A DNA stretch of 64,000 nucleotides from Eledone cirrhosa. Lineage: Eukaryota. The position numbers and the translations under genes are program-made. The notes beneath the pieces were generated by a model that did not search any database, was not told where the DNA came from, and worked only from the letters and a program-made list of their open reading frames with translations. The stretch covers positions 15,765 to 79,764 of the forward strand of contig CAXHJY010000557.1 in the NCBI GenBank assembly GCA_964016885.1. The letters are read 5' to 3'. Position 1 is the stretch's first letter. Every line of letters begins with the position of its first letter. Below, in pieces: positions 16,467-30,264 of the stretch.

Positions 16467-16474
<8 letters not shown>
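15792..16474. repeat. Near-perfect inverted repeat of about 305 bp per arm around a poly-T/poly-A centre; probable inverted Penelope-like pLTR pair
   Basis: Arms about 15792-16097 and 16170-16474 (mirror ORFs 15931+ and 15955-); each arm holds an HHR-like core CTGACGA-T-GTTGCA-GAGG-TGCAAC-GAAA. Confidence 0.85.
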
Positions 16475-16510
<36 letters not shown>

Positions 16511-16979
16511 TCATATTACATCCATTTTCCATGCTGGCATGGTGCCGTTATTTTAGAAAAATATGCATGAAAGACCAAATGCAACTTATCTACCAAACCT
16601 TACTCTGGGCTAAAAATCCATGACATTATTAACTAATGCACTTACACACGTATGCGCGTGCACCCACTCGCCCACTCACGATTGAGCATGTGGGGCAGGT
16701 AGATCATGTTATTCACTTTATATGAATATCTGCGTTGTTAAAAATATATATGTTGATAACATCTTGCGCAAAAACTGAAACAGCCAGCACATGTCCAAAA
16801 CAAACACGTAGTTTACTTTTGGCCAGCTGTGATCCTAATCCCCACTAGATGCTGCATATATTGTCTCAGTTGTTTGGGAGTGGTGTTTTAAAATCACTGG
16901 TTAATCTGTTTGTTTTGTGTATAAAAACACATTGCCAGATCTATGGTTTCAAGATTTTGCAATTTTTATTTTATCTGAA

Positions 16980-17911
16980 ACTAGCAGCAGTACCCAGCGT
17001 TGCCTGGGTAGGTAGAATCATATCTGCTTTGATGAAAAGGTGTTGATCTTAGCGACTGCGAGTTTCTTGAAAATCGGTCGTAAGGTGTAGCAAATGGCGA
17101 AATGTTGAGTGAAATCGTATGGAATATGTGGGAGGTGGAAAAAATCGTATTTTGAAGAGTTAAACGGCTGCCACGCCATCCCTGAACAAAAAATGCAAAG
17201 TGTAAAGATACTATAAGATGTGCAATGATAGGTTATATCGTAGTATAAAAGTTGAACCAAATAAATTGATTTATGTGTGAGGTGGAGCCGAAGTTTCGAA
17301 TTTGCACGAAATCGGTTGCAAAATGTGAGAGCTAGAGCCGAAAAGGCGGAAATTTGAGCGAAAGGGTGGTATTTTCGAATATTTAAGCGGCTGTCACGCC
17401 GTTCCTGAACAAAAAATCCAAAATGTAAAGCCACTTTAAGACATGAAATAATCAGATCTAGCGTAGTGTAAAATTTAAACAAAGTAGGTTGATTAATGTG
17501 GGAGCTAGAGCCGAAAAAGTGGAAATTTGAGTCTAAAAGTGGTATTTTTGAATATTTAAGCGGCTGCCACGTCGTCCCTGAACAACAAATGCAAAATATG
17601 AAGCCATTACAGGATGTGCAATGATAAATTCTAATTTGCTTTAAAATTTGAACGAAATCGGCGGCAAAATGTGGGAGCCAAAAATTTTATTTTTCGATAC
17701 CCCCCAAAAAGGTGACCCCTATCGATTTTTATCTGCAGAATGGCCCCGCAATAAAAAAAACGATACGCTGATATATAGAAAACACTCCCCGATGACTAAT
17801 CTATGAGCCTGTAAAGTTTCATGAAAATCGGTCGTAAGATGTAGGCCCCTATAAGTAATACACAGACACACACACACACGCACATACTTAATTTTATATA
17901 TATATACAGAT
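16980..17911. mobile_element. Helentron/Helitron-associated non-autonomous element (HINE/DINE-like) with internal repeats of about 170-220 bp
   Basis: ACTAG end followed by hairpin TACCCAG-CGTTGC-CTGGGTA; other end ACAGACAC..TTTTATATATATAT; cggctg(c/t)cacg repeated at about 17165, 17388 and 17561; same end architecture as 58704-59621. Confidence 0.55.
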
Positions 17912-18249
17912 ATCTTCTTTTTATTTTAACATAGCCACGGGTGAAGTTGTGAAAAGTATTTTATGTAAAGTAATATGTAACTTCTGAATTACTTCTAGGC
18001 TGAAATTAAAATATAAACAAAGTATGTTATCATCATCATTGTTTAACGTCCAACACTTGACATGACTAAGGGGTTCCTCTCAGCCTTTCCTATCACCAAT
18101 TACAAAATTCCCTAGCCCCCCAAAATTTAGCTGTTATATTTAGCTTCTGTTGATTTAGAAAAGGCCTTTTCCAGTCACAGGAAGGGTCCATAGAAGAGAT
18201 TAATAGCTTTGGCTATCTAGGTGACTTAATTAGCAGTGGAGGATGGTGT

Positions 18250-18735
18250 TTTGAGAGCATACTAGCTAGAATAAGGATGGGATGGAAAAAGATTTCTCCC
18301 TGTGTACAAAAGGACGACTGCATGACGCCTGTGTGCGAAGTACGATGCTGCATGGTAGTAAAACATGGGCTGTGACTGCAGAGGATATGTGTAGACTGGA
18401 GAGAAATGAAGCAACCATGCTTCGTTGAATGTGCAATATAAATGTGAGAGAAAGGTAGAGCTTGGATGAGCTGAGGGAGAAGTTGGGTTTAAGAGGAATC
18501 CGAGGTGCTATGCAGGAGAGAAGACTGCGTTCGTATAGACATGTGATGCGCATGGATGATGATCACTGGGTGAAGAGGTGGAAGGAAGCCGCACTAGAAG
18601 TAGACCATGAAAGACCTGGACAGAGGTTGTGAGAGCTGAGACTCAGAGGAAATGATTAAGGAACATGACGAGTGGAGAGATACTGTGCTGAGAAAGACTC
18701 GCTCGACACATGCAATAAAAATGATGATGAAGATG
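18250..18735 (+). mobile_element. Degraded RTE 3' fragment
   Basis: Remnant KGRLHDACVRSTMLHGSKTW...ERRLRSYRHVMRM with stops; GAT-like tail. Confidence 0.8.
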
Positions 18736-19534
18736 ATATAGCATAGAAAGCAGACCTAAAATGATGATGATAATATAAGTGTATGTTTATCATTTTTATA
18801 TCCACTTAGCAATGCTGGTATGCTTTTGATAAGACTTTTGATGCAGAATTCTTTAATCAGATGACCTGATACCAACTCTTTTTGCTTTAAGATAATTATC
18901 CCATTAATTTTCACACATCGAACACCTGAGCTGTGAAACAAACTCACTCTACTGTATGTATATGTGTGTGCGTGTGTGGAGTTAACTAAAAGTATCAAAA
19001 TTGTTAATTAGTAATATTTTTAAGCTCAATGTGTTTGTCATTATAGATAGGTATATGGATTTGTTGTTCATGGCATATACAAATTAAGATAATAAAATAG
19101 ATTTCTCAAGTCATTTAATAATGACTTAAGAATAATGACTTACAAATGTTTCAATTCAAATAATTTAACGAATACTTATACTAACTATAACAATATAGTA
19201 AAGTATCAAATATTCAGAGGTAATATAATTAATAAAAACAATGACCCTGTGAAAAGCAAGCTCAAAAGAAACAATTGTATCTACGAAGGATAACATCTTT
19301 AATGAAAATATAAGCAATAACGGTTATTTATACATTTGTAAGGTTATTAATGAAAATATAAACAATAACGGTTATTAATACATTTACAAGGTTATTAAAT
19401 GGTTTAAGAAATCTATTCTATCATCTTAATGTATATGCTGAAACTGCAGTAGCGACACTGAGTAAATTGCTAAATATTTCTTTAAACTTATTTACGTTTC
19501 CCAAATTAATTTGTGTGTATATGTGTCTGAAGTC

Positions 19535-19811
19535 TGTCTTAAGCCAGAAGGCTTATTTGGCCGGTGCTTATCCTGGTTTCATGGCGTGAGAAGCGACTGA
19601 GAGTACAAGACTCCCCCCCCCCCCCCCCCCCTGGACAGGACGCCAGTCCATCGCAGGGTTAAACCTCCAGCTATTGCTGGTACTCATTTTCATCTGAATA
19701 TACTGGAGCAACGTGAAATGAAGTGTTTTGCTCAAGAACACGACACACAACCCAGGAATCGACATTATGATAGTAAGTCCAACACTCTTACCACTAGGCC
19801 ACATGCCTCCA
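19535..19811 (-). mobile_element. tRNA-derived SINE
   Basis: Reverse complement begins GGAGGCATGTGGCCTAGTGGTAAGAG (A box), then TCGATTCC (B-box-like) and GTGTTCTTGAGCAAAACACTT core. Confidence 0.7.
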
Positions 19812-19839
19812 CGTGTATGTATATATATATATGCAGAGG

Positions 19840-19882
<43 letters not shown>

Positions 19883-20010
19883 GAGGTTATATTTATCGGA
19901 TGAAAGCGCACCGTAATTTGCCTTGGTTGCCCTTGAAATATGTATAATAAAATAAATATGGTTTTATAAATATAGTTTCCATTTATTAATATATTGTATA
20001 TATATATAAT

Positions 20011-20041
<31 letters not shown>

Positions 20042-20440
20042 AATGCACTACATCATTATCCACTCACATTTAGTTTTTAAATTCTTTTAAAATCTTACAT
20101 CACATAACCTTGAAAATACTGTCACGTGCGAAATCAAAACACCATGCTATCTTTGTACCACGGTATATTATGAAATTCTATTTTCCAAACATAAATGACA
20201 AAATAAACATTTACAACTGCATCAAATGGCAAATAAAAATCTAAAATATTGTAAACCCATTATTTTTCACTAGTGTTCAGTCTAACAGGGCAGGAAAACC
20301 TCTCTAGTGCTGGTGTCCCGATAAAAAAAGTACACGTGGATCGTATGAACAAGACGAGGCCTCTCCAGCCTAGGACTGTGATAACCCAATCAAACCAATG
20401 GGGGACGTATGGCTAATGTATTTGCTTATTTCTACATATA

Positions 20441-20734
20441 TAGTGTATCCCCGGTTATTCGCGGGCTATTTTCTTAGAACCTAACTAATAATAGTTCGTG
20501 GAAACCACCGCATATTCGCTGGATCGTAAATATCTTCCGCGATTTTTTTTATGGCTTTTCTCGTGGCAATATATATTTTTTCACACTTTAACGATAAATT
20601 ATTAATAACAATATACATTATTTGCCGGCCTAGATTTTACGCTGTTTTGACGTTTATAGGCATTTTTATGGACATCGTGCCATCTTCGCGGGTGCTCTAA
20701 GAACGTAACTCCCGCGAATACCCGGAGACAACTG
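20441..20734. mobile_element. Tc1/mariner-pogo (Tigger-like) MITE
   Basis: Degenerate TIRs of about 40 bp (tagtgtatccccggttattcgcggg.. / ..cccgcgaatacccggagacaactg) flanked by TA. Confidence 0.65.
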
Positions 20735-22480
20735 TATTTCTTTTCCTGGTTGTAATACGCGTTTTAGTTTTCTCAATATAAGTGAGATCGTAGCTATTAC
20801 ATATGTGATTCAGGCAGAAACCAGTTGAATGTATGTCAAAACTTTGTCATGAAAATATCTACGCTGATAGAGTTTATTGTTTAATTATATGTAAGTGGCA
20901 ATCTATTTAATAGCAACTAATGAAACATTTATAAAGCAGATTTAATTATAAACCTGTTTATTAGTGAATCTATTCTGATGCAAATTCATCCTGTTATATT
21001 CCCCTCCCTTCAAGTACGCGTGTTTTTCAATGAAAAAATATCCATAGATATATATATGAACAGATGAGTTTATGTAAGTTTATTTATTCTTTTACTGGTT
21101 TCAGTCAACAGTCGATTATATTGTCTCCAGTACTATTTTTTTCGAGTTTGGTACTTCTTTTATCGACCTCATTTTTTAAACTGCTATGTTGCGGGACATA
21201 CACATGACACGTGGGCTCCTGAAGTTTCCCTTTTAATAAATTCCACTCACGAGGCATTATGCTACTCGAGATAATGTTAGAGGACATTTGCCCAGGACTG
21301 AACCGAGACCCATAAGGTTCCGGAGCTTGCTCTTTAAACCTCCCAAGCATGCCTGCACTTAAACTTATTTAAAATAAACATCAGTTCTGTCCCGTACGCG
21401 CACACAACTTAGCTTTGTTGTTTTGGTGTGTTTCTATCGCTCTCCTTTGTCACCGATAGCAAGATCGTTGTGTTTTTGTTTTTATCCTAATGAGTCATTT
21501 TCTTTCTTATGTTATTTTATTTTATTGTCAAAATTCCTATTTCTGATAGTGTACCTGTGCTGCCAATAAGGATGGTAACTGTGTTGAATGTATTTAATTC
21601 TTGGGTTCAGGATTGTTTTGCCAAATATACCAGGATTACTGGATATATGAACAATCATACAAAATGGGAAATTTGTGTTATAATAAAATTATGGTTGGCA
21701 TAAGCGAAATCCTATAGTTTGTTGATTACTGACGCGTGGAAGTGATTAAAGACGAAGATAATGTTTTAATATTTTAATTCTCGGATATAATTGCATAGTC
21801 AGCATATATATACAAATGACATACATACAGGATTGAATATATGAGTAACTATGGAGGAATATCTATTTACAGGGATAAATGTAGAGTTGAGAATCTAGGG
21901 CCTTGATTGGAAAGCGAACTTATTTGTAGCAACGTGACTGATATACGAAATGCAGTGTGTTTAGTTTTTAGAGTTGCAGCCGAGTGTATGTATATATATA
22001 TATATATATAAACATAAATTATCGAGATTCGCATTTCGGCCCACGAAATAACGAAAAACAACCTCCGAGATGTGAATGCTCAATGAGTCAGATGAACCAG
22101 AGCTATAACAAACGATCAAGTAATTCGGGTATTGAAAATTTACCCGGATCCCTGGAAGGTTGGTAAAATCCAGTATTTGGGTTTCTGCGGCTCCTAAATC
22201 AAGTACCGTCCGCTTACATAAAAAATGTTAGGGTTCTGGTAAGATGATTGAACAAGGAAGCCACTTTCTCAACAGGTTTTATATATATATATATGGGATA
22301 ACATTTTATCGATATAGGTGATCCACTTAGAGGTAATCAACGAAACAATTGTCAGCAATTTGAATAAAGCCCTTAATTCTTTTTTTAACTATATATATAT
22401 ATATATATATAACGAAGGAAATGTGGTAAGGAACCAGGTGGACCATAACGCACGAAAGTACTCAATACTTAGGGTAGTAG

Positions 22481-22512
<32 letters not shown>

Positions 22513-25500
22513 CATATATATATAATGTGTGTGTGTGTGTGTGTAAAAGGTAAACAAATAGCAACACATTCGGTACAGTATATGGAAGGAATATATTAGG
22601 TTAACGCTTGAAATAGCAGGAAGAGGGTCTTAACGTTTCGGATGCTAGTGCTTCATCAAAAGAAAGATTGAAGAGACGAGCGGGTGGAATTTGAAAAAAT
22701 TTTTTTATAGAAAAATAACAGGTCCATTCATGTTGCCATTTCTTGGAAAACTTAATGCTGGCGTTTTGCGTACGATATATATGTACACACACACATATAT
22801 ACAAACAAAACAAAAACACGTGGTATATTATTATGGTTTACTGCGGTGTGTGGCTAAGTGGTTGGTGAGTTCGGCTCATGATCATATGGGCGTAAGTTTG
22901 ATTCCCGGTGTCATTCCAGTCCAGTTAACCGAAAAAAAACCGAGTTGTACCTGTAATTCAAAAGGTCAGTTTTGTCACACACACACACATGCTGTGTTGC
23001 GCTGAATCTCCCTGAGAACTATGCTAAGGGTGCACTTGCCTGTAGAATGTTCAGCAATTTTGATGTTAATTTCACGTGTAGGTTCTGTTGCGTTAACACA
23101 ACTGGAATACTTTAATGTGCCACAGTTTTGTTTATTCAAAACAAATACAAAACTTTGTTTAACTTCGTCAGACTAGAGAGAGAGAAAAATAAGAATGGAA
23201 TCGGTGGAGTGAGACACGATAACCCAAATCCAGATAATTTATTAATACGCGTCTAAATCATTGAAACTCGCCCCTCATCATGTCATATTGTTACAATCAG
23301 AGCTAAATATGCTCACTCTTCCCTGCTTTATTCCAAAATATTCTGAACTACGTAAATTTGCTCGCAATATTTTAACTTTCGACTATAATTGAAGAAACAT
23401 TCACATCCCCTCTCCCCTAGCTCTCTATTTCAAGCGTCAAACTAATATATTTCTTCCTTGTACTTTGCCGTTTGTTTTGCTATTTCTGCCCCCCCCCCCT
23501 CCCACGCAAACGTAGCGAGATGAACTAAACGTTCAAGCTGAAACTTCGAAATCACTGCCACATTTCTACACAGGAAATAAAATCTACATTCTACTTACAC
23601 ACATTGAGTGATCATTCAATGTTTGAATATGTTTGAATATTTTAAAGTATTGTTGTATTTTAAACACCCATTCAAACACACATATATACATACATACACA
23701 CACACGTTTATGTTTACAAACACCAAGTGCTCAATACCAAAATAGAAAATATTATACATTTATTATACTTCTAAGATTTACTCTCAAGTTTTACTCAATA
23801 TATATAACATCTGTTTAGCAAGAATCTTGATTTGAAATAGTGTGTTGAAACCGATATTGGGGGGTGGTTATAACGACAAAATGAAATAGAAATTTAAGAC
23901 CAGAAAAAGAAGAGGCACAAAAAATCGTTAGTCATTGAGGGGGTCACAGATTGTTGTGACGAAAGAGCTTTGAAGGAAGACTAAAGTGAAAGTTATATGG
24001 TGCGTGTGTTCAATTGGCAAACTGACCACTCCCAAATATAACAACATCATATATATATATATATATGTCAAGGGCGGTGCCCCAGCATGGCCTCAGCCGG
24101 ATGGCTGAAACAGGTAAAAGAGTATATATATATGAGAGAGCGAGAAAGAGAGGATGGGCTCTGCCAGGCTTAAAATGTTTAAGAAACACCGTATGTCAAT
24201 ACGGCGCCTCTATGAGTTACGGGACCATACATACATATATGTTCTACAAATAACTTCTACAAGACTAAAACTGTTTCATTTGTAAGAAATCATACTAAAG
24301 TATTGAGTACCTTTTAACTGTCGTCACCTTCCGATGTACATCGGGAATCCACCTATATATATACACACACACACATTCATAATCACCGACTAATCACTGC
24401 AATTAATAACAATACGATTAATTAATTTAAAAAATCTCCATTAATAGGATTTAATTATCTTTCTTAATTATCTCTTCCCCCGTCACTCACTTTCTCATTA
24501 TTTATTGCTAGTTAAGCTTTTAGGCTGCGCTAAGTTTTCTTCGTTTGAAGCTATATTTATATCACTGCATTTTATTTCCTTGTTTGATATTTTTGTGTGC
24601 TTGGTTTGTCGCGTGATAAAGCGTTTCTTTAAAAACATACAATAACCAAATAAACTTAATTTATATTCTTGTACTGGTTTATTTCATTAGACAGTAGTCA
24701 TGCTGGGGCACCACTTTTAATTTAGTCGATTATATTGACCTCCCAGTACTCAATTTTTTCCAGGTCTAGTGGTACTTATTTTATCGACTCCTTTTTTGTT
24801 GTTAAACCGCGGGACATAAACATGCACATATATATTTATTTATATTTATACACGAGGTGCTTCACCAGTTTCTGTCTACCAATTTTTTGTCACAAAGTAT
24901 TGGTCTACCCAAGGTTATAGAAGACACTTGCCCGAGGTTATATATATATAACATCTTGTACCTTATCGTTTCGCTCCCAATTTATCAGTTTTCCTGGATT
25001 GAGACTAGCTATCGTATTTTAATTCGGTGCAACCCCTCTCCTCTGAAACTGGCTCTGGTTTTATGTAACAAAACCATACATTTTAAAGGGTTTCTGTTTA
25101 AAGTAAAATCTTCGAACACAATTTCGTATAAGAACTGTGTGTTATTATTTTAATAATTGATAATTTTTGTAAATCTTTGGAATTTTTTCGTTTATTAATT
25201 GAAATAGAGTGTATTTCATTAAAAATACGCGCACAAAACAGTTTAAAGAATATCTTTTTTCCATGTATTTTTCTCCGAAACCACTTCACTGTTGTTTTTG
25301 GCTGTCTGCCACCGTTTATCTCTATCTCACCCTGTCTACCTATATCTCTCTCCATGTTTATCTCATTGTTTCTTTCACCCTGTCGGCCTATCTCTCTCTC
25401 TCCATGTTTATCTCATTCTCTCTCTCTCCATTTATCTCACCCTGTCTTTGTCTCCCTCTCCTCCCCAATCACTGCTAACACTAAACCTACAGGAATCTCT

Positions 25501-28007
25501 TCAGCCACCCTCATCATTGGACCATGTTTTCGTATATTGAATTCACAAGGTGCGTCTATACACACCTATTTATCCCCTTCATATTTTCTACTACTTTTCT
25601 CTTTCCTCTCTTTATTTTCTCTTTCTTTAAAGCATTTTTTTAATATTATTATACGAGTGTCGGATTGGCAGACTCACATTACAACATCCTCAGTTCAAAT
25701 CTTGTCGAGCTCAACATTACAATTTTTTCCAGGGTCGATAAAATAAAGTTCTGAGGTCTATATAAACTAAAGGAAATCTAAACATTTGTATGTACAACAG
25801 CTGATAGGAGGCACGCACGCACAGCGAACATCATTTAACTTAACACACCATACTTAAGGAAAACAGTGTAGATAGGTGGTCACTAACTCAAGGGTTCAAA
25901 GGGGGTGTTATGATACTGCGAGTCAAGAGCATGATTTCCACTAGTCATAATGCTAATAGGCTGTTATTTTCTCCCCATCAAAATGAGTAAGTACATGATA
26001 GTGAGATATGTGAATGTAGGAGGACACATTTTCTGTTTCTAATTTTCCTTAATTCCGTTTTTACTTTAAGTAAATTCCCTTGCTTTCACTTTTCATAAAT
26101 TACGTTTATTGTATTTCATTGGGGAATTCTACTATAAATATTATTCATTAAAACAGGAAAAACAAGCAAAATCCAAAGTTTTATCTTACTTAAAGAAATA
26201 GTAGATATCTTCAGCAGCAATTTGAAAAAAATCATAAAAATTGATCCGTCGCAGGCTATAGAAGAGTAGTTTATTTGTTTATATATATATATATAAATAT
26301 ATATATATATAATATATATATATATATCAGTATGTGGTTGACGGCCGAGAAAAAGGAGAACTCAATACCGAAGTAGTTTTAATATTCATTTTAAGGCTAA
26401 CTACTGAGTTTTCTTACTCTGCAGCTTTGCCTCACCCTCTGATAAACAGCGAAAATCCAGAGTAACAAGACCCATGATTTAGCCTTAATAAAATCAATAT
26501 ATATATTTATAGGTAATGAGGAAAATGCGAAGTTGTAGATGTTAAGGAGTCCTTTATTAATAAAGTTGTGATTCATATTTCAATGACGATCATGATCACT
26601 TGATTATGTAACCATTCTCGTGATCTCATCAAACAGCAACATTGAGTTACGTTCCGAGGCAGCCCAAGATGCAAGGGAACGGACAAAAAATTGTTTATGT
26701 GTATATATGAGAGAGAGAGAGAGAGAGAAAGAAAAGCTTCTACAGGACTATTAAACATTTATACTCTGCACTGTATTGAGTACCTTACTTACTGTGGTTA
26801 CCCCCGATTGAACCCGGGATAACTTATATATATACACACACATGAATATTTATATGTATACTAGTATAGTACCCATAGAAAATAATTGGGTTTATAGTAA
26901 AAATATTTAATTTAATATTTCCTTGATCACAACATTCTATGTAAAGATGTTTGAATCCTCGATTTTCCTTAACCTTCTCCCACTTGTCACCACAACCATT
27001 GCCGTATTGCGTTTTACGTTCATTTAAATCAATTTACAATAATTTCTTACCTTGTTTTCTTTAATCCTTATGAAACTTCCATTATATTACTAAGATGACT
27101 TTGTTCTATGTATCTGTCCATATCTGTCTTCAGACGGCTATTGGGATTCGTGCTTTGTTATTACGTTTTCCCAAAGATAGATACATTGGTAGATATACAT
27201 AGATAATTATAGATTGACAGACAGACAGATAAATGTTGATAGATAGACAGACAGATAAATGTTGATAGATAGACAGATGAGTGAATAAATAGATATACAA
27301 ATATGTAGACAGACAAATAGATAGACAAACAGATAACTAAGCAGGTAGATAAATAGACAGGTATACAGATGGATGTATTTATTGCCCATTAATAGATACA
27401 TAGTTAGGTAGCTATAGATAGATGCCCCTTTTGATTACTATGTTGTCAACACACAGAGAGAGAGAGAGAGAGAGAGAGGGGTATGGAGGAAGATATTACT
27501 ATTTTTCAAATTAATCTTGCACAAAGCAATTATGTTACTTTGTGTTTATTATAAATTATATATTTATGTATATATGCTTCAATGTTACATACTAAATATT
27601 TCTAGTCAACAATATAATATTTTGAAGGTGTGTAAGAGAGCATGATATGTGTATGAAGCAATCAAACAGAAACTTTGAAATCACTGTAACTTTTCTACTG
27701 AGAAAATATAATGTACACTCTTATACATATTGAGTGTTCATTAAATTAACTAGCAGAAAAACCACCCTTCGGGTGGTTTTCTGCTAGCATGTGTAGTGTG
27801 TATATTGATATTATACACAAGTATATATACATGTAGATATGATACATCAAATAAAATCGTAATTGACACTATAAACAGAAATGAAACGAAGACGTTGTTA
27901 CGCTGTCTTATGTAATCAGTAACGTAATCCATGATCCATTAACAAAAGACGATATTATATATAAACAGCATTAGGAGAAAATTAGTATGTTTATTTAAGT
28001 GATCGCC

Positions 28008-28092
28008 ACCGGAAGTGTTGACATCACACACTCTCTCTTTCTATATATATGGTAGTTGAAGTGGTGGTGGTGGCAACGATATACCGGAAGTG
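28008..28092. promoter_or_regulatory. Candidate promoter: two ETS/GABP sites in a CpG-rich patch
   Basis: ACCGGAAGTG at 28008-28017 and 28083-28092; CpGs frequent in about 27850-28350 and nearly absent immediately after. Confidence 0.35.
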
Positions 28093-29003
28093 CAACTTCG
28101 AAAAGAAGTCAATTTTAAATTATTTATTTTTACGAAATTTAGTAGATAAATTATGTAATATTCATTCATTATTTATTCAAAATCCCGCCGAGGTTAACTT
28201 TGCCTTTCATCCTTACGGGGTCGATAAAATAAAGTACCAGTAATGTACTGGGTAATTGCTGGCCTTATGCCAATAGTAGAAACAATTATTTATTCAAAGT
28301 AATCCTACTTATTTTATTAACGGGATAAAAAAAAAACCGTACGCAGTCCCACAGACCTTCCTTTATTATAGTTTAGATGTTTGAATGGTTTAAGCATTTT
28401 AAACAGCTATTCTAATATTTATGTCTGTATAAACATGTTTATATGTTATAAGAAAAATATTTTGAAAGAGAAGAAAGTGTGAGGTGCTTTTTTTGAAAGT
28501 CTTACATTGACATTGGGGTCACCCAAGATATCTTTTCTGGTACTTGTTGACCTCTCTCTATCCTATCCCTGCTGCTTAAATATAAGCCTGTCTTCCTTCA
28601 GTCTAATGGTTATGTTGGCTTGCTTAGCTAAGTTTTTTAACTCTAACAGCAACACTGAAAAAGGAAGAGCATCATGTGTGTGTATATATATATATATATA
28701 TACTCACATATATATCTATATACACACTATGTTGCAATCTTCACCTGTATCAAGGACACAACAACCTCCCTAGTGTTGCTGATCTACACAATAAATGCAG
28801 CCAGTACACTCTGTAATGTGGTTGGTGATAGGAAAGGTATCTGTATGTTGAAAACCTGCCATATATAATATCAATATTTGCTAGTAGGGTACGCTGATGT
28901 TAGATAAAGGTAATTAGTTCTACTTTTGGCACAAGGCCAGCAATTATCCCAGTGCATTACTGGTACTTTATTTTATTGACCCCATAAGGAAGAAGTTAAT
29001 AAT

Positions 29004-29188
29004 TGTTTCTACTTTAGGCACAAGGCCAGCAATTACCCAGTACATTACTGGTACTTTATTTTATCGACCCCCGTAAGGATGAAAGGCAAAGTTAACCTCA
29101 GCGGGATTTGAACTCAGACTGTAAAGGGACGTAACTATGCTAGGAAGCATGGTGTCCAACCCTCTACCGATACTGCCAATTCACCGCC
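29004..29188 (-). mobile_element. tRNA-derived SINE (octopus-type, Meta-core-like) with imperfect 12-bp TSD
   Basis: Reverse complement GGCGGTGAATTGGCAG..GAGTTCAAATCCCGC..GCCTTTCATCC..GTCGATAAAATAAAGTACCAG; flanks gaagttaataat / gaaggtaataat; partial copies at 28175-28290, 28913-28991 and 46200-46280. Confidence 0.85.
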
Positions 29189-30264
29189 GAAGGTAATAAT
29201 GATATACACATATACATCATCATCACAGTTTAATGGCTATTTTCTATGCTTGTGTGGGTTAAACAGGTTATCAGATTATGTGTCAAGGCAGATCAAGTGA
29301 TCATGTCTTGCTCATGTGGAACTGTTTCTGGCTTGGTTTCTACAGCACGATGCTCTTTCTAATGCCAACCACATTTCAGTGTGAACTGGGTGCTTTTCAT
29401 CATACCAAAACGACCATCTGACAGGATGGACTCGGTACTTTTTCATTGTGCATGACCACCTGTATGGTGGACTGGTTGATTTTTGTTGTGTCACCAGCAC
29501 GACAACCTTACAGAGTGGACTGTGCTTTTTGTTGTGTCACTAGCACAACCACCTTCTAAAGTGGCCTTGGTGGTATATATGTGTGGTTACCATATACAGT
29601 ACCGTAGGGACACCATGTTTTCCACACACTAATTACACTTATACACATCACTTGTGTGTGCACGATTGAGTATGCCACCTGTATGAGGCCTAGTGTTAAG
29701 ACCGTTTTGGTGTTGAATTAAAATACTTCACAGCAGTTATCCAAACTCCCCTTCATATACTGGTTTTATCACTCTTGACATTTTCATTGACCTTCATCTC
29801 TCAAAGTTTGGCAGCTGTACTGTTGTGGAACCATATGTGATGTAATGCAATATTTCTTACAGCTGTCTGGACCATTCCTTAACAAGGGACATGGCAACTT
29901 ACAAGCACATGCCACTGCTATTCGCCTGCACCACCTAAGAAACATCTCTACTTGAGTGTATGCTTGAATGTGTACAAATATGTACATATATAAGGTTGAC
30001 TGAGCTAACATGTGTTTGCATGTATGCACACACACGCACATGCCTAACAGATCAGCTTCTGTCATTCCCTATGGTCAGCTAGCACATGTGCACACACAAT
30101 TTCCCTCATAGACAACAATAGATAAACAATATCTCTGCAACCACAGTCATTGTCTGATGATGTGCATCATGTTCTTCATAGTCTCCATACCTTCACAGTC
30201 TCCATACCTTCACAGCTTTGTACAAACACACTCATCTATTCCTACCTTCTTGATGTTGGTTTAA

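Noticed and set aside
21868-22290. Possible MITE with GTTGAGAA/TTCTCAAC ends
   Set aside because: The inverted match is too short and no TSD could be established.
23130-23176. CTGACGA core on the minus strand (similar isolated cores near 26210, 27130 and 30755)
   Set aside because: No correctly placed GAAA or closing stems.
28506-28656. Minus-strand exon bounded by TTTTTCAG and GTAAG
   Set aside because: Stops in all three frames; a non-coding exon cannot be supported without transcripts.
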